Below are positions 12,259 through 26,378 of a DNA stretch of 64,000 bases, piece by piece. Position numbers and translations under genes: made by a program. The stretch lies in the NCBI RefSeq assembly GCF_009914755.1, contig NC_060931.1; one strand, 5' to 3'. The first letter of the stretch is position 1. Each line of letters starts with the position of its first letter. This DNA is from the human T2T-CHM13v2.0 reference genome, Homo sapiens. The notes beneath the pieces were generated by a model. That model was not told the DNA's origin. It saw nothing but the letters and a program-made list of their open reading frames with translations, and ran no database searches.

Positions 12259-14733
12259 AACATTATTTCATTCTTTTACATGGCCAAATAATATTCCGTT
12301 GTGTATATATACATATCAAATTTTATTTATCCATTCATGTATTGGTAAGATACTTAGTGTGATTCTCTATCTTGGCTATTGTGAATAATGCTGTGATACA
12401 CATGAAAATGCAGGTTATAATTTTGATACACTGATGTTTTTTCCTTTGGGTAGGAGATACCTAGTAATTAGATTGCTGGATCATATGGTAGTTTTATTTT
12501 CATTTTCTTTTTTTAGAAATCTAGACACTTTTTTCCATAGTGGATGCACTAATTTACATTTATACCAACAATGTATGGGTTCCTTTTTTCTGCATCCTTG
12601 ACAGTGTTTGGGTTTGTTTTTTGTTGTTGTTGTTTTTTTTTTTAGCTTTATAATAACCATCCAGAGGTAAGATAATATCTCATGGTGGTTTTTGATTTGC
12701 GCTTTCCTGATGATTAGTGATGTTGAAAATGTTTTCGTATGCATGCTGGGTATTTGGATGTCTTTTTTCGGGGGGCAATGTCTACTCATGTTCTTTGCCC
12801 ATTTTTAATAGAAACATTATGTTTTGTTTTGTTTTTAGTGTCGAATTTTTTGAATTCCTTGCATATTATAGATATTACTACCCTTTCAGATGAGTAATTT
12901 TCAAATATTTTCTCCCATTCATAAGGTTGTCTCTTCACTCAGTTGATTGTTTCTTTTGACATGCAAAGCTTTTTTATTTTCATATACTACTGTTTGTCTA
13001 TTTTTTGCTTGGTTGCCTGTACCTTTTTCGGTCTTAAACATAAAAATATTTGCCTAGACCCTTGTACTGAAGAGTTTTCCTTATTTTAATCCAGTAGTTT
13101 TATAGTTTTGGGTCCTACATTTTAGTTTTTAACCCATTTGAATTGACTTTTGTATATGGTGGCAGGTAGGGATCCAGTCTCATTCTACTGTCTAAGGTTA
13201 TCTGGTCTTTCCAGCATCATTTATTAAAAAGTGTGTTTTTTTTCTGCAGTGTATGTCCTTGGAAGCTTTGCTGAAGATCAATGACTATATTTTGATGTTC
13301 CTTATTTTGTTCCATTAGTTTATGTGTTTATTGTTATACAGATATTATGCTGTGCTGTTTTAGTTACTGTAGCCTTGTAATATGGTTTAAAGTCACATGA
13401 TGTGATGTTTCTAGTTTTTCTTTTTGCTCAGGACAGCTTCGGCCATTCAAGATCATTTTTGGGGCCATACGAATTTTAGAATTTTTTTTCTCTTTCTTTA
13501 AAAAATAATGTTGGTATTTTGCTAGGAATTGCATTGAATCTGTCTAATGCTTTGGACAGTTGTTCATTTTAACAATATTGATTCATGCACTCCATTAAGA
13601 GAGGATTGGCTTTTCATTGTTTTGTGTCTTCTTCCATTACCTTCATCAGTGTTTCATAGTTTTTCTTGCAGAGATCTCTCATTTCCTGGGTTAAATTTAT
13701 TCCTAGGTATTATTTTTTGGTAGCTATTGTAAGTAGGATTACCTTCTTAATTTCTATTTTAGCTATATTATTATCAGTTTATAGTAACATTACTATTTTT
13801 GTATATTGATTTTGTATCCTGCAACTTTACCTATTTCTTTAATCAGTTCTAAGGGGTTTTTGGTAGACTGTTTGGTTTTTCTAAATATAATTTCATGTCA
13901 TCTGCAAATATGGGAAATTTGTCTTTTTTTTCCAATTTGAATGCCATTTATTTCTTTTTCTTGCCTGATCTCTCTGGCTAGGACTTTTAGTACTGTGTTG
14001 AATAGAAGTGGTGAAAGTGGGCGTTCTTTTCTTGTTGCAGTTCTTAGATGAAAGGCTTTCAACTTTTCCTCAGTCAATATATTGTTAACTGTGGGTTTGT
14101 CACATATAACTTTTAGTATTTTATGGTATGTATCTTCTATGTTTAGTTTGTTGAGAGTTTTTGTCATTAAGTGGTGTAAATTTTGTCAAATGCTTTTTCT
14201 GTGTCTATTGAGAAATAATAGAGTTTTTGTCCTTCATTCTATTGATGTGATGTGTTACATTGATCAGTTTGCATATGTTGAACCATTCTTTCATCTGAGA
14301 CATTGATCCTGCTTATAAGTGGTGTATTATCTTTTGGGTGTGCTGTTGAATTTGATTTGCTAGTATCTTTTTGAGGATTTTTTGTGTGTGTCCATGTTCA
14401 TGATGGCTATTTGTCTGTAATTGTCTTTTGTGTTTGTATCCTTGTCTGGTTTTCTGTCAGGGTAATGCTGGTTTTGTAGGATAAGTTAGGAATAGTTCTC
14501 TCCATTTTAATTTTTCGGAATGCTTTTGGGAGGATTGATATTAGTTTCTGTTTATATGTTTGGTAGAATTTGGCTTTGAATCCACCCATTTCTGCACTTT
14601 TTTTTTCATTGAAGGGCTTTTGAATACTGATTTAATCTTGCTGTTCCATATTGGTCACAGTTTTTAATTTCTTCTTGATTCAATATTAATAGATCATATT
14701 TTTCCAGGAATTTATTCCTTTTCTAATTTGTAA

Positions 14734-15084
<351 letters not shown>

Positions 15085-18000
15085 AAGTTATGATGTCTTA
15101 TTTTTCAAATATGATTTTATTTATTTGGATATTTTCTCTTATTTTCTTCATTACACCAGTTAGCAGTTTATCAATTTTGTTTATTTTTTGAAGAACCAGC
15201 TTTTTATTTCATTGATTCTTTGTAATTTTGTTGTTGTTATTCTCTATTTCATTTATTTTTGCACTGATCTTTATTATCTCTCCTCTTTTACTAGTTTGGG
15301 TTTGGTTTGTTCTTGTTTTTCTAGTTCCTTGAAGTGCATTGGATTATATATTTGAAACATTTCTGTTTTTTCGATGTAGGCATTGCTATTACATTCCTTC
15401 TTAGCACTGCTTTTGCTGTTTCTCATAGGCTTTGGTATGTTTTATATCTATTTTCATTTGTCTCCACAAATTGTTTGATATCCATTTTAATTTCTTCATG
15501 GACCCATTGGTCATTGAGGATCATGTTGTATTTCCATGTATTTGTATAGTTTCCAAAGTTTCTGTTGATATTGATTTTTCATTTTATTCCATTGTGATCT
15601 GAGAGGATACTTAATATGATTTGAATTTTTTTAATTGGTTCAGAATTCTTTTGTGGCCTAACATTTTGTCAATTATGTACAATGTTCTATATAATAATGA
15701 GAAAAAGGTGTATCCTGCAGTTGTTTGATAAAATGTTCTGCAAAAGTCTGTCAGGTCCATTTGGAAATCACTGTTTAAGTCCAATATTTCTTTGTTGATT
15801 TTATTCTAAATGACCTGTCTAATGCTGAGAGTGGGGTATTGAAGTCTCTCACTATTATTGAATTGGAGTTTATCCATTTCTTTAAATCTAGTAATATTTG
15901 CCTTATGGATTTGGGTGCTCTAGTATGGGGTGCATGTATATTTTGAATTATAATATGCTTGATGTAGCAATTTCTTTATCATTATATAATGATATAATGA
16001 TCTTTTTTGTTCTTTTTTACTACTTCGACTTAAAATATGATTCAGTTTATACATACATAGCTACTCCTGCTTGCTTTTGGTTTTCCTTTGCATGGAATAT
16101 ATTTTTCCATTTCTTTGCTTTCAGTCTTTATGTATATTTATAAGTAAAGTGTGTTTCTTTGTAGATATATATTTTTTCTTTAATCCACTCACCTATTCTA
16201 TATTATTTAGGTGGAAAATTTAATCTGTTTACATTTAAGGTATTTATACCTATGTGAGATTTTATTCATATTATATTGTTAATTATTTTGTAGTTGTTTG
16301 GTATATTATTTGTTGGTTTTGTTTTCTCTCTCTTATTGTTTATCTGTTTGGTTTGCTGGTTTTCTGTCATGGAACCAATGGAACCCTTTCTTTTCCTCAT
16401 TTGTGCATTTGAATTACCAGTGACTTTTATAGTTTAGTGTGCTTTCGTGATTATACTGTCATCCTTTCACCTCCAGGTTTAGGACTCCGTTGAGCATTTC
16501 TTATTAGGCCTGTTTTAGTGGTGGTGAATTCCTTCAGCATTTGCTTCTCTGGAAAAGACTATTTCTCCATTTATAAAAAGTTTTTTCCTGGCTATATTAT
16601 TCTTGGGTGACCATTTTATTCTTTTATTTTAATTTCAGTCCTGTTTATACATCATCCCATTCTCTCCTGGTCTGTGAAATTTCTGCTGAGAAGTTCACTG
16701 CTACTTTGATAAGGACTTTAAAAAATAGGTGACTAAATGCTTTCCATTGCAGTTTCTAGAATTTTCTTTTTATCATTGACTTTATACAGTGACTATAATG
16801 TGCTGTGAAAAAGACCTTATTGCATTGTATCTGTGAAATGCAGGGACTCTTGTACCTGAATTGAGAAGTTTTCATTTGTTGTTTTGTTTAATAAGTTATT
16901 CTTTCTTCACCTTGGGGGATAGCAACAATTCATACATTTGGTCACTTTATGTGTCCTATATATCACAAAGGCTTTGTTCATTGTTCTTTTTTATTTATTT
17001 TTGTCTAACTGGATTATTTGTAAAGGCTTGTCTTTATGTTCTGAGATTCTTTTATTCTGCTTCATCTACTCTATTATTAAAGCTTTCAAGTGTATTTCGT
17101 ATTTCATTCAGTAAACTCTTCAGTTCCAGAATTACCATTTGGTTCTTTCTTTATGATACCTATCTCTTTGGTTAATATATTATTCATATCCTAATTTTTT
17201 AAATTTTCTTTGGATTATTCTTCAGAACATTCTTGTGTCTCATTGAGCTTTTTTAGTCACATAATTTTAATTATTTTTTCTGCGATTTTTGTGGATTGTT
17301 AAAAACTGGGATCTGTTGCTAGGGAATTATTGTGTTCCTTTAGAGGTGTCAAATTTTCTTTCTTTTTAATGTTTACTGTGTTCTTTCATTGATATCTGCT
17401 CATCTGGTTTAATAATGAACTCTTGATTATTTGAGTTTGTTTTCATAGAGGAGGACGTTTTTCTTATGTTGTATCAATTGTATTGGTTGAGTAAGGCCCT
17501 TTGGATTTGATTCTGGTGGCTGCAATGGTATAGTCTCTGCATGATTTTTCTGCTGTAAACAGTATCAGTAATATCTGTTATTTTCTCAGTGGTTTAGAGT
17601 GCAGTTATTAGTGGAGGCTAGGGTAAAGCTTTGCTAGGCACAAGAAAGCCAGGTGAGCCAGTGTTTGGGCCCCAGGAATGGCAGTGTTGGGCTGAGCGTA
17701 CCTGTTCTTAGGCCTCAAGGCAGCATTCACTGGAACAGGTCTTAGCAGGGCCAGGTGGACCAACTCTTGGACATTCAGGTGGCTTTCTCAGATGCTGGTA
17801 GTACCAGTGATGGGCAAACCAAGTGAGTGGGTTTTTGGGTCACTGGGCATCCAGCATGGTGTGGTCAATGACAGTAGCAGTGGCAGGGTGACCCTCTGGG
17901 TCTGAAGCAGTGGGTACTGTTGTTGGCAGTGGCTGCAATGTGGGATCACCACCCATAGATGAAGACATGCAGCTTTCAGATTCACCTGTTATTTGTGAGA

Positions 18001-20693
18001 GCAGGGCCATACAAAAGGAGGGAGGGACGTTGACCTTCACATGCAAGCCTGATAATGAAGGCCACTCTGCCCCCAACCCTAGTGAGCACATGCTTGCCAC
18101 TAGCAGCCCCAAACAGGCAGACCTCTGACTCATCCATCCCGGCCTTTGCCTGCATCTACAGAGGCTGCAGCTGCAGTGGTGTGCAGAGGGGGAGATGTAT
18201 TTTTGTTCTCTATGCACAAGCCCAAGCCCAGCAGTTGCCTCACTAGTGGGGATGGCATCACTGTCCACAGCCCCAGATAGTCAGTTCTCAGATTCACCCA
18301 GCTGGATTCCCGGTAGCAGCAACTGCTGCTGCAGTGTGCAAAGTAGGAAAGGAACCTCATGCTCAGCTTGTGAGTTGGAGTACAGGGTTTACACTACTAC
18401 TGGGAGTGGAGTCACTTCTCACAGCCATAAACAAGGAGCCTTCAGGCTCTGGAAAGCATGCACTTTGGTTTCCTTTTTCCCAGGGGCCACATTTTTGGTG
18501 AGCTGCACCATCCTTTCCCTGGGAATTAGTATTCTTTGTGTTCTAGAGTACTGGGGACTCCACAGCATCACTGGGTTCAGCCAGCACTGTGCTACTGTAG
18601 CCCTCTGGGTGGACACTGGGAGATATTAGTGGAGACTCCTAGCATGTGGAGATATAGGAGTTGTTGTTACCAGGGCAGGATGCAGTCCCATGACAGCTGT
18701 ACTCACACAGTGGTACAGTGCTGCAGCTGCTTAGGTCTCAGAGGTGTGAGTGACCCAAAGCAAGTTCCCTTCCTAGTTCAATACCCTCATGGGGTCTCCA
18801 GATCATTGCCCACTCTAGCGTCGGGGTTCATGTGAGTAGAAAGGCTCTTCCATGGTTCAGATTGCAGCAGCCCATGGTAGGGATGTGGACCACTGAGGGT
18901 CTCTCACTTACTTTTTCCTGCAATAGTGAATCCCTCTGGGTTCACAGCCAATCTCAGCCAAGACAGTCACTCACTTTCATATTCTTCTGTGTCATAGGTG
19001 TTTCCTGTGACTTCTCTATTGGACTCTAGCATTCTATCCTAGATGTTGTATTCAAGATGTGATTATTTATCATTTTGGCTCTTTTTTCTGGAGAAGGCAA
19101 GTGTCTGATGTCTCTAGTCAGCCATCTAGAGCCCCTTAATTCTTGCAATACACAGGTCAGTCCTATGGTTTGAGTACTATTATTACTTTCATTTTTTTGG
19201 AAGAGGAAAATTAAATGTGGAGAAGCTAAGTTGAATGAGTTAACATAGCTGCTAAGTGATAGAGCCTGTATTAGAAGCCTGCCAATCAGGATTTAAGGTC
19301 CTTGTTTTATTCTCCACATGGTTTTATCTTTGTTTAATCTTTATTCCAAATATATGTAGTCTCGTTAATAAACCTGTCACAGACAAGGAGAATAAGTTTT
19401 AGTGAAATTAAATAACTTTTCTAAATTAAGCAACTACAGAGTTGTGATAACATATAAGTGACTCCAAATTCTATTACACTTTTTGCCAGACCAGAATTTA
19501 TGATGTACATCTTTTTATAAATGCATGTTTACGATTCAGTAATCTTAATTACATTTTCCAAAGGTAACAACTTTTGGATATTAAGATTACTTCTATGATA
19601 TGATTCCTTGACAAAATATGCATACAGTTTCTGTTTCTTTGCTCTTAAGTTGAATCGGGAAATTCCTTGAAAAGTAGTTTTGGTGATTTAAAAAATTAGC
19701 AAAAAATACAGCCATTAGCTCATGCATTTTAAAAATCGAAACAGCCTGAAGTCAAATGTTCCTGGGATCACTCCTTCATTATGTATTCTTAATTTTGACA
19801 AGATGAATTTTTACGAATGTTTAAAAATCCCAAAGGTTTTTCTAGGTTCAACTTACATTAGGTAGAATTTTTCTGAATTGCTTATCAGATAATACTTGTA
19901 AAATTAGAAACATATGTTTGCTTTGATTTTATGTCACTTTGTTTTCAAAGATAAAAGATAAAACTCTGCTACCTGTGGAATTAATTGCTTTTGGTGTAAC
20001 AAATAATGTATGTTAAATAATAAATGTCCTCTGAGAATGTACTAAAAAAGGAATAAAAACTCATCTGAATTTCACATTGCTCTTAAGGTATTATTTCCCA
20101 TGAATATTACAGTAGGCCTACATTCAAATAGTTCTCTGCTCCTATATTATGTATATGAAGTTAAAATGTCATGTATCTATTTATTTTAATATATATCCAT
20201 ATATATGACATATATGAAAGTCTATTATATTGATAATTCTTTTATGTTTTCATTATAAAAGAATTCATGTTATATATACCTAGTGTTGCATAACAAATAT
20301 TATTTTTACTTTTAATTTTAATAATTATATAAGAATTCAAGAAAATGTCAAAGAAAAAAGAGATTCAGATATTTTACCAATGAAGATTTCATGTTGTGTT
20401 AGATCATCCAGAATAAATTCTGATCATGTGGTCAAAATACATTTCAAGACATACCACTTTTCATTTCAACAATGTGGCTTTGCTGTTTGACATATTTTAT
20501 TTATTTATAGAGTGTGCAGATTGAAAAGTGTAATTATCAATTAAAAATTGTAAAATCAAAGACAGGAAGTTAAACTATGAAGTCCCCTTCTGTAGAGCTT
20601 ATTTTCACCACAGTAGGAACATTTTATGAGGATATAAAAAAGGTGTATCTATAACTACCTTCCTATGCCATCTACAAAGCAGATAATCTCTCT

Positions 20694-20740
20694 CTATTCT
20701 ATTCTATTCTATTCTATTCTATTCTATTCTATTCTATTCT
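20694..20740. repeat. (TATTC)n pentanucleotide microsatellite
   Basis: About 9 perfect units visible. Confidence 0.97.
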
Positions 20741-21034
20741 TCCTTTTCCTCTCCTACTTTTATCAATCCTTCCTCTGCCTTCTCCGGTATTTTCTTCCTT
20801 CTTTAAAAAGCTTCCTCAAACACAGATCTCATCTTACATTTTCATGCTCTAATTTCTCTGACATGTTTATGTTTTAAAACTTCAGTGAGTAATTCTGAGA
20901 ACTTATATTATGCTGGGAAATATTAGGAGCATCATAAAATAATTCCAATAAATGAATGAAGTAACAATGACCATAGGGTAAACGTGGTGTCTCTGTGTAT
21001 CTGCTTCCTACTCTGCTAGGAATTACCCCACCAG

Positions 21035-21255
21035 AATTTGTATCTCTTAAATAGAGAATGGTCATTCTCTCTACCCATACCCAAGCCAGGAATCTGGAAT
21101 AATCTTCAAGTCCACCGTCTCCTTCAGGTCTATATAACATCAAAATTCATTTATTGTTATTTTTAAATTCTTAGTGCCTCTTGCCCATATTCTCATTATT
21201 GATGAGAATATGCTTTGCACAGAACAAATATTCCAAAAACTTTGTCAAATTTAGT
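21035..21255 (+). mobile_element. L2 fragments
   Basis: cccaagccaggaatctggaataatcttcaagtcc and atgctttgcacagaacaaatattccaaaaactttgtcaaat resemble L2 internal and 3'-end motifs. Confidence 0.55.
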
Positions 21256-21457
21256 TCCAAAAATCTGTCAAATTGGTAAGCATAAAGAGAGCAATTTTAT
21301 GACAGTAAAAACTTAAGTATAAAGTGAAGGAATTAAAAACTTGTTTTAAAATTTGGTGATAGGAAATAGTTGAAACAAAGAACGGAGACAAAAAATTGAG
21401 AGAAAATGAGGAAATACATTTTTGTTTACTAAGTTTTGGTTTTGGAGGTGTAAATCT

Positions 21458-22090
21458 TCAGTCAACAAACATTTATGGGGGATTTGATTGTGACAGGCTC
21501 TGTTCAGGGCTCTGTATCACAGGCACATTTCTAACGGAGAAGCACAGAGAAATACAGAAACATACACACTCACGGCCCCAAAGAATTGCCTCCTCGTTTA
21601 TCTTTCAAATCCAGAAGGCATCACGTTCAAAACTGTCTGCTATAGCTCTATGAATATTACAGCACTTTTGGCACTCTAATGTACTCCCCAGACATTTCAC
21701 CTGCCTTCTAGCAATAGTGCTTCCAGGATTGATAGAGAAGAAAAATATACCGCCTTGTTTTATGTCCTCTGTTTTGTCATTTATGGGCCCCCCTATAGTC
21801 CTAAAATATATGTCAGATAATTTTAGGGTGAGTAACTTATCTCTTACAGAATAAGATAGGGAACTAAAACAGTCACTTTTCTATAAAAATGATTTTTGGG
21901 TTTTCATGTCCATACCTCCAACCCTAATAATTTTCCAGGCTTTATGTTGCGTTGCTCTAGGGTACCTTCTGTAGAGTATACCATTTTAACACTCAATAAA
22001 AATTAATTGTTTTATGGCCTATGCCAAATGCAGTATGTAAAAAGATGGAGAAAACAGACTTGACCCCTGCTGTCATGGAGCTAGCAGTTT
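21458..22090 (-). mobile_element. L2 3' end interrupted by a ~520-bp unassigned insert
   Basis: tcaacaaacatttatgg..tgtgacaggctctgttcaggg (21458-21512) continues as aaaacagacttgacccctgctgtcatggagct (22033-22090). Confidence 0.55.
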
Positions 22091-22119
22091 CATTGCTCAA
22101 GAAACACACAAAAGCAAAA

Positions 22120-22320
22120 TGTACTTCATGAAGATTTCCTGAATCCCTATGACAGAGATAATTTTTCTTATTATTGGTTGCTCTTCATGTGTACTTATGT
22201 TAAGATATTTAATAACCTAACTTGCTGTTGATGTATTTATATGTTAATTATTCCTTGTAGACTGTTTACTAGTAGATGGCTATACCTTGCACATACTAAG
22301 TGTGTAATAATACTAATTTA
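22120..22320 (+). mobile_element. L2 3' fragment
   Basis: cttcatgaagatttcctgaatccc, ttccttgtagactgt, ccttgcacatactaagtgtgtaataa. Confidence 0.45.
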
Positions 22321-22895
22321 AAATTTCATACCATTCATATATTTCATTGTATAAAATAAACCACGATTCACCTTTAAATTACTAAGAAATTAATGAGTTT
22401 GGTTCTCAGAAATATTCTCAACTCTAGTAAAAGCAAGTTCATAAATATTCACAGCAAGATATTTCAAAGTTTTTTGCTAAGTTACAATCTTATATTTTTG
22501 AGTGAACACAAGGAACAGAAATACAGACCTTAATAATACCCTTATCTTACAGTGGGATAATCAAAAACAGACAGGAGAGTGTTGGATTCTAGTATCATTG
22601 GTTGTTAATACATTGTCCCTAAAACTTGAAGAAAGTGTTGTGGGACTACTGCATATTTAAGAGTCTGGCTCATTTATAGTGGAAAATTTCACCCATTGAG
22701 CAGTGACCATCAAACAATGTATTTTTACTGTTCAGAAATATGACAGAATTTTGCCACTTCCAAATTACAGCCCTTCCCATAGAGACTATAGACATATTCC
22801 TTAATAATTAAGTCATGTTCTACAAAGTTATCTGTGAAAAAAGTTTATGGATTGAGTTATAGGAAAATATGTAGTGCCAGGAAGTTGAAATAACT

Positions 22896-22945
22896 CTTTT
22901 ATCTTTGTTCATATGCAGAATTTTTATCTTTGTTCATATGCAGAA
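22896..22945 (+). repeat. 25-bp tandem duplication
   Basis: (c/t)ttttatctttgttcatatgcagaa twice in tandem. Confidence 0.95.
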
Positions 22946-23429
22946 CTTTTAGATCCAACAAGATAGTGACAGAAATATAAAGCCATTCTTATTATGCAAA
23001 TATAACAGCTTATTAAATGTTATTCTCCTTATTTTCTGAATGTTGGGAGAAGTTTCAAATATGGAGAACAAAGTAATAGGTTACAAGGCACTCCATAATA
23101 TAAAATGAGATGGAGATCCATCTCATTCTTTAGGACTTATGAAGGAGCTGAAGAAAATTGGTTCTACTAACATTAGTTAATAATCCCTTACAGCTTATAA
23201 AAACGGTTGAATAGTCTAGTAGAGTTCTCCTTAGAGAGAATGTTAATGTGCTAGTTTCTCTCCCTCAATGAGCAAAGAAATAATGCCCACCCTTCTCCTC
23301 AATTTGAAACTCATCAGAAAGATGCTTCAAAGGAAATACATGTACTCACAAAGCTTGACATGTGTACCCTAGAGCTTGAAGAACAAAAGGTATCATGTTT
23401 GACTGAAGTATTAAGACTTAAACAGTCAG

Positions 23430-24611
23430 AGGCTATGGTTAGATCTACCTCTGTCTGCAGGAAGAATGAAAACAAAATGTACCTGTTTGTTGGCTTTCCA
23501 TTCATGGACCAAGTTGCATGTCTCTAGGGGCTAGTCCCTGCAGAGAGAAGGCAGAGACAAGAGTGGCTCATCTTAGAAGGATCTCATTCAAGAGAATACA
23601 TAAAAGATTACCAGTGGAAGGGTGGATGACTGAAACCCCAGAGGTTAAGAAAAGAATCCTAAGTGTCTATAGCAGAGGACAAAGAGACATTATCTGCTCC
23701 AAAGCAAATACATTCAGACATTTTCAGCTGGAGATAGCAGAGAAATCTCCACAAGTGACTCACCAAATGGAGCACAGCCACCGCATATGAACATAAGACT
23801 GGACCCTGCCTCAAATTCCCTCCCCAACCCCAACTCCATCCCTCACGCAGACATTGGAAGAGTCAGAAACAGTAGTCTATGAGCAAAGGATTAAGTACAA
23901 TAAGAAGAGAAAGGGTCAGCTTAGCAATCTTGCCATAATTTTTCAAGCAAATGTTGAAGCTGTGTGGAGAGGAAAGCTTTAACAAGAAAAAAGCTGGAAG
24001 TTTTGATAATATTGTGGATTCTATTGATCACTTAAATATGAGGGTTATGTGGCTTAAGAGATTTTTTTTCCATTTATTTTTATTTATTTATTTTAAATTT
24101 TACTTTAAGTTCTGGGATACATGTGCTGAACATGCAGGTTTGTTACATAGGTATACATGTGCCATGGTGGCGCATCAACCCGTCAACCCATCATCTAGGT
24201 TTTAAGACCCGCATACATTAGGTATTTGTCCTAATGCCCTCTCTCCTCTTTCCCCCCACCCTCTAAGAGGCCCCAGTATGTGATGTTCCCCTCCCCATGT
24301 CCATGTGTTCTCATTGTTTAACTCCCACTTATGAGTGAGAACATGCAGTGTCTGGTTTTCTGTTCCTGTGTTAGTTTGCTGAGGATGAAGGTTTCCAGCT
24401 TCACCCATGACCCTGCAAAGGACATGAACTCATTCATTTTACGGTTGTAGGCTTAAAAAGATTGAAAAGATTATGGAAACATTCCAACATTTAATCCAGC
24501 AGCAGGAAAGGAGGAATCCAGAGAGAAGACATAAATGGTCATTAGTAGGGAAGATAAGGAGAGTTGTATTTTCACCCTACTCAGTCCAAATTATTTAATT
24601 AAGCCATTACA
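23430..24611 (+). mobile_element. Ancient LTR relic (MamGypLTR1-like), split by an L1PA
   Basis: 3' part gaaaagattatggaaacattccaacatttaatccag...gagagttgtattttcaccctactcagtcc...ccattaca resembles the recalled MamGypLTR1 end; 5' boundary uncertain. Confidence 0.45.
24064..24449 (-). mobile_element. Short 5'-truncated L1PA (L1PA8-like) 3' end
   Basis: ttttactttaagttctgggatacatgtg..catctaggttttaagacccgcatacattagg; TSD ggcttaagagatt (24051-24063) / ggcttaaaaagatt (24450-24463). Confidence 0.92.
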
Positions 24612-24754
24612 CAACTGAGGGAGTAAAAGTGATTGTTTTTTCAGAATGTATGATTCATAAGAGTTATTGGAAAATTTGAATGTTTATAATCATATTGTTT
24701 TACTTTCCTTAACATTTTAGATAATGCATTTATGTATTTATTTATTTTTGTTGT

Positions 24755-24872
24755 CTTTTTTAAAAACTACATTTTATTGTGTATATTTAAGGTGTACAGT
24801 ACAATGTTATAAAATACACATATATGAAAATGATTTTTATAGTGAAACAAATGAACATATCAGTCATCTCAG
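24755..24872 (-). mobile_element. L1MA-type 3' terminal fragment
   Basis: ttttattgtgtatatttaaggtgtacagtacaatgtt..tatagtgaaacaaatgaacatatcagtcatctca. Confidence 0.7.
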
Positions 24873-25195
24873 TTTTTAATATCAAAATAGATAATATAGT
24901 TGAGCATTTGCCATTTTTGGCTAAATTGTGTATTTTTTAAAACTGCACACGCTGAAAAGGACATGGATTTAACTCAAATTATCACAGATTCTGAAATTTG
25001 TACATCATACGATTAGTTTAAGTATTTAAAATGTTTGTAAATATAGAAATTTAACAAGTAAAATATGTATTTATTCCATATTAAAATATAATATACTCAT
25101 TAAAAATGTTGCCCTATAATACATGGAAAAATCACACACTATGCACACTTTATTGTTAAAGAATAACACTACTGTTAAGGAATACAGGAACCAAC

Positions 25196-25783
25196 TGTAT
25201 TAGGGTTCAACCACAGGACAGAAAATATGCAGCAATTGGAATAAATGAAAATGCAATATGAGAATTATTTAAAAGCAGGAAGGCATTTATTCTAAAGAAT
25301 AAAGAATTATAGACAACAGTCACTGTTGCTAGGGTGGAGTCAGAACCCCCAAGGAAGCAATAAATCTGGAGGATTCCCTTCCTTCAGTGGCCTGGCCATT
25401 CAGGCCTCATGGCAGAGAGCACAACTCTGGCTCTGGATGACAGAATTTGCTAAGGTGCCTCAAGCAAGCAGAGGTGTCCTGTGAGGCTGCTGCGGAAATG
25501 ACTGGGAAGCTACTGGAACTGGCTGGAGCAAATGCCGCTGGCTGCCTTTCCTGCATGCAGCTAACACACAGTAGGAGAAAAAAGGAAACAAGCACACTGG
25601 AATCAAGTCCTTTTCTACTCTTGTGTCTCACCAGCGCCATCTACTGACAAACCTTAAGCGTCTTGCCAGCTGACATAGGAGAAAAGTATATTTTTTAAAT
25701 GTTTTTAATTGAAACAATAGAGTTCAGAAAAGCCATGAAAAATGAATTTGGAGCTGAGAGGTAAGAAAACAATAACTGACATG
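25196..25783. mobile_element. Ancient solo LTR with intact 5-bp TSD (family not assigned; LTR78/79-like from memory)
   Basis: Starts tgtattagggttcaacc, ends ggagctgagaggtaagaaaacaataactgacatg; ccaac on both sides (25191-25195, 25784-25788); GC-richer than flanks. Confidence 0.65.
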
Positions 25784-26378
25784 CCAACATTTACGATGGA
25801 AAATGTATGAAATCTGGAAAGATCACAGGTGGATTGATAGCTACATAGACAGGCAGATATAGATATTAAATATTTTGGCATATGGGAAATAGTGGAAAGT
25901 ATTACATAATGTTTTAAATAATATACTGTTCATTACAAGAAATTAATATGATGGTATAAAATGTTTATTATTTCCACAACCGAAAAAGAAGTGGAAACAG
26001 GAGAAGGTCTAGCATCAACAGTAAGGATTTCTATAAAATAAAATAAGCTTTCATTTTAATAAGACACACATCATTAGGAAAAAATAGACTGGAATATTCT
26101 TGGTTATATTTTTGACTAGAAAAATAAAGATCTTTAGGATTTTCAGGAATCTCCAGATTTAACTCACCAAGTTCATGAAAATTGATATCACCAACCCAAT
26201 ATTTTCTCTACTAGAATTGCCTTATTTGAAAGACTGTGTCTGAACTTAGACCCAGTGTAACTAATTTTATGAATATATATATATTTATATATATATATAT
26301 ATAAACAGATTCTGATAAATTCTAAGAGTTGTTTAGCATGTCGGAATCTTTTCTGTGTCCAGCCATAGTCTATTAAAA

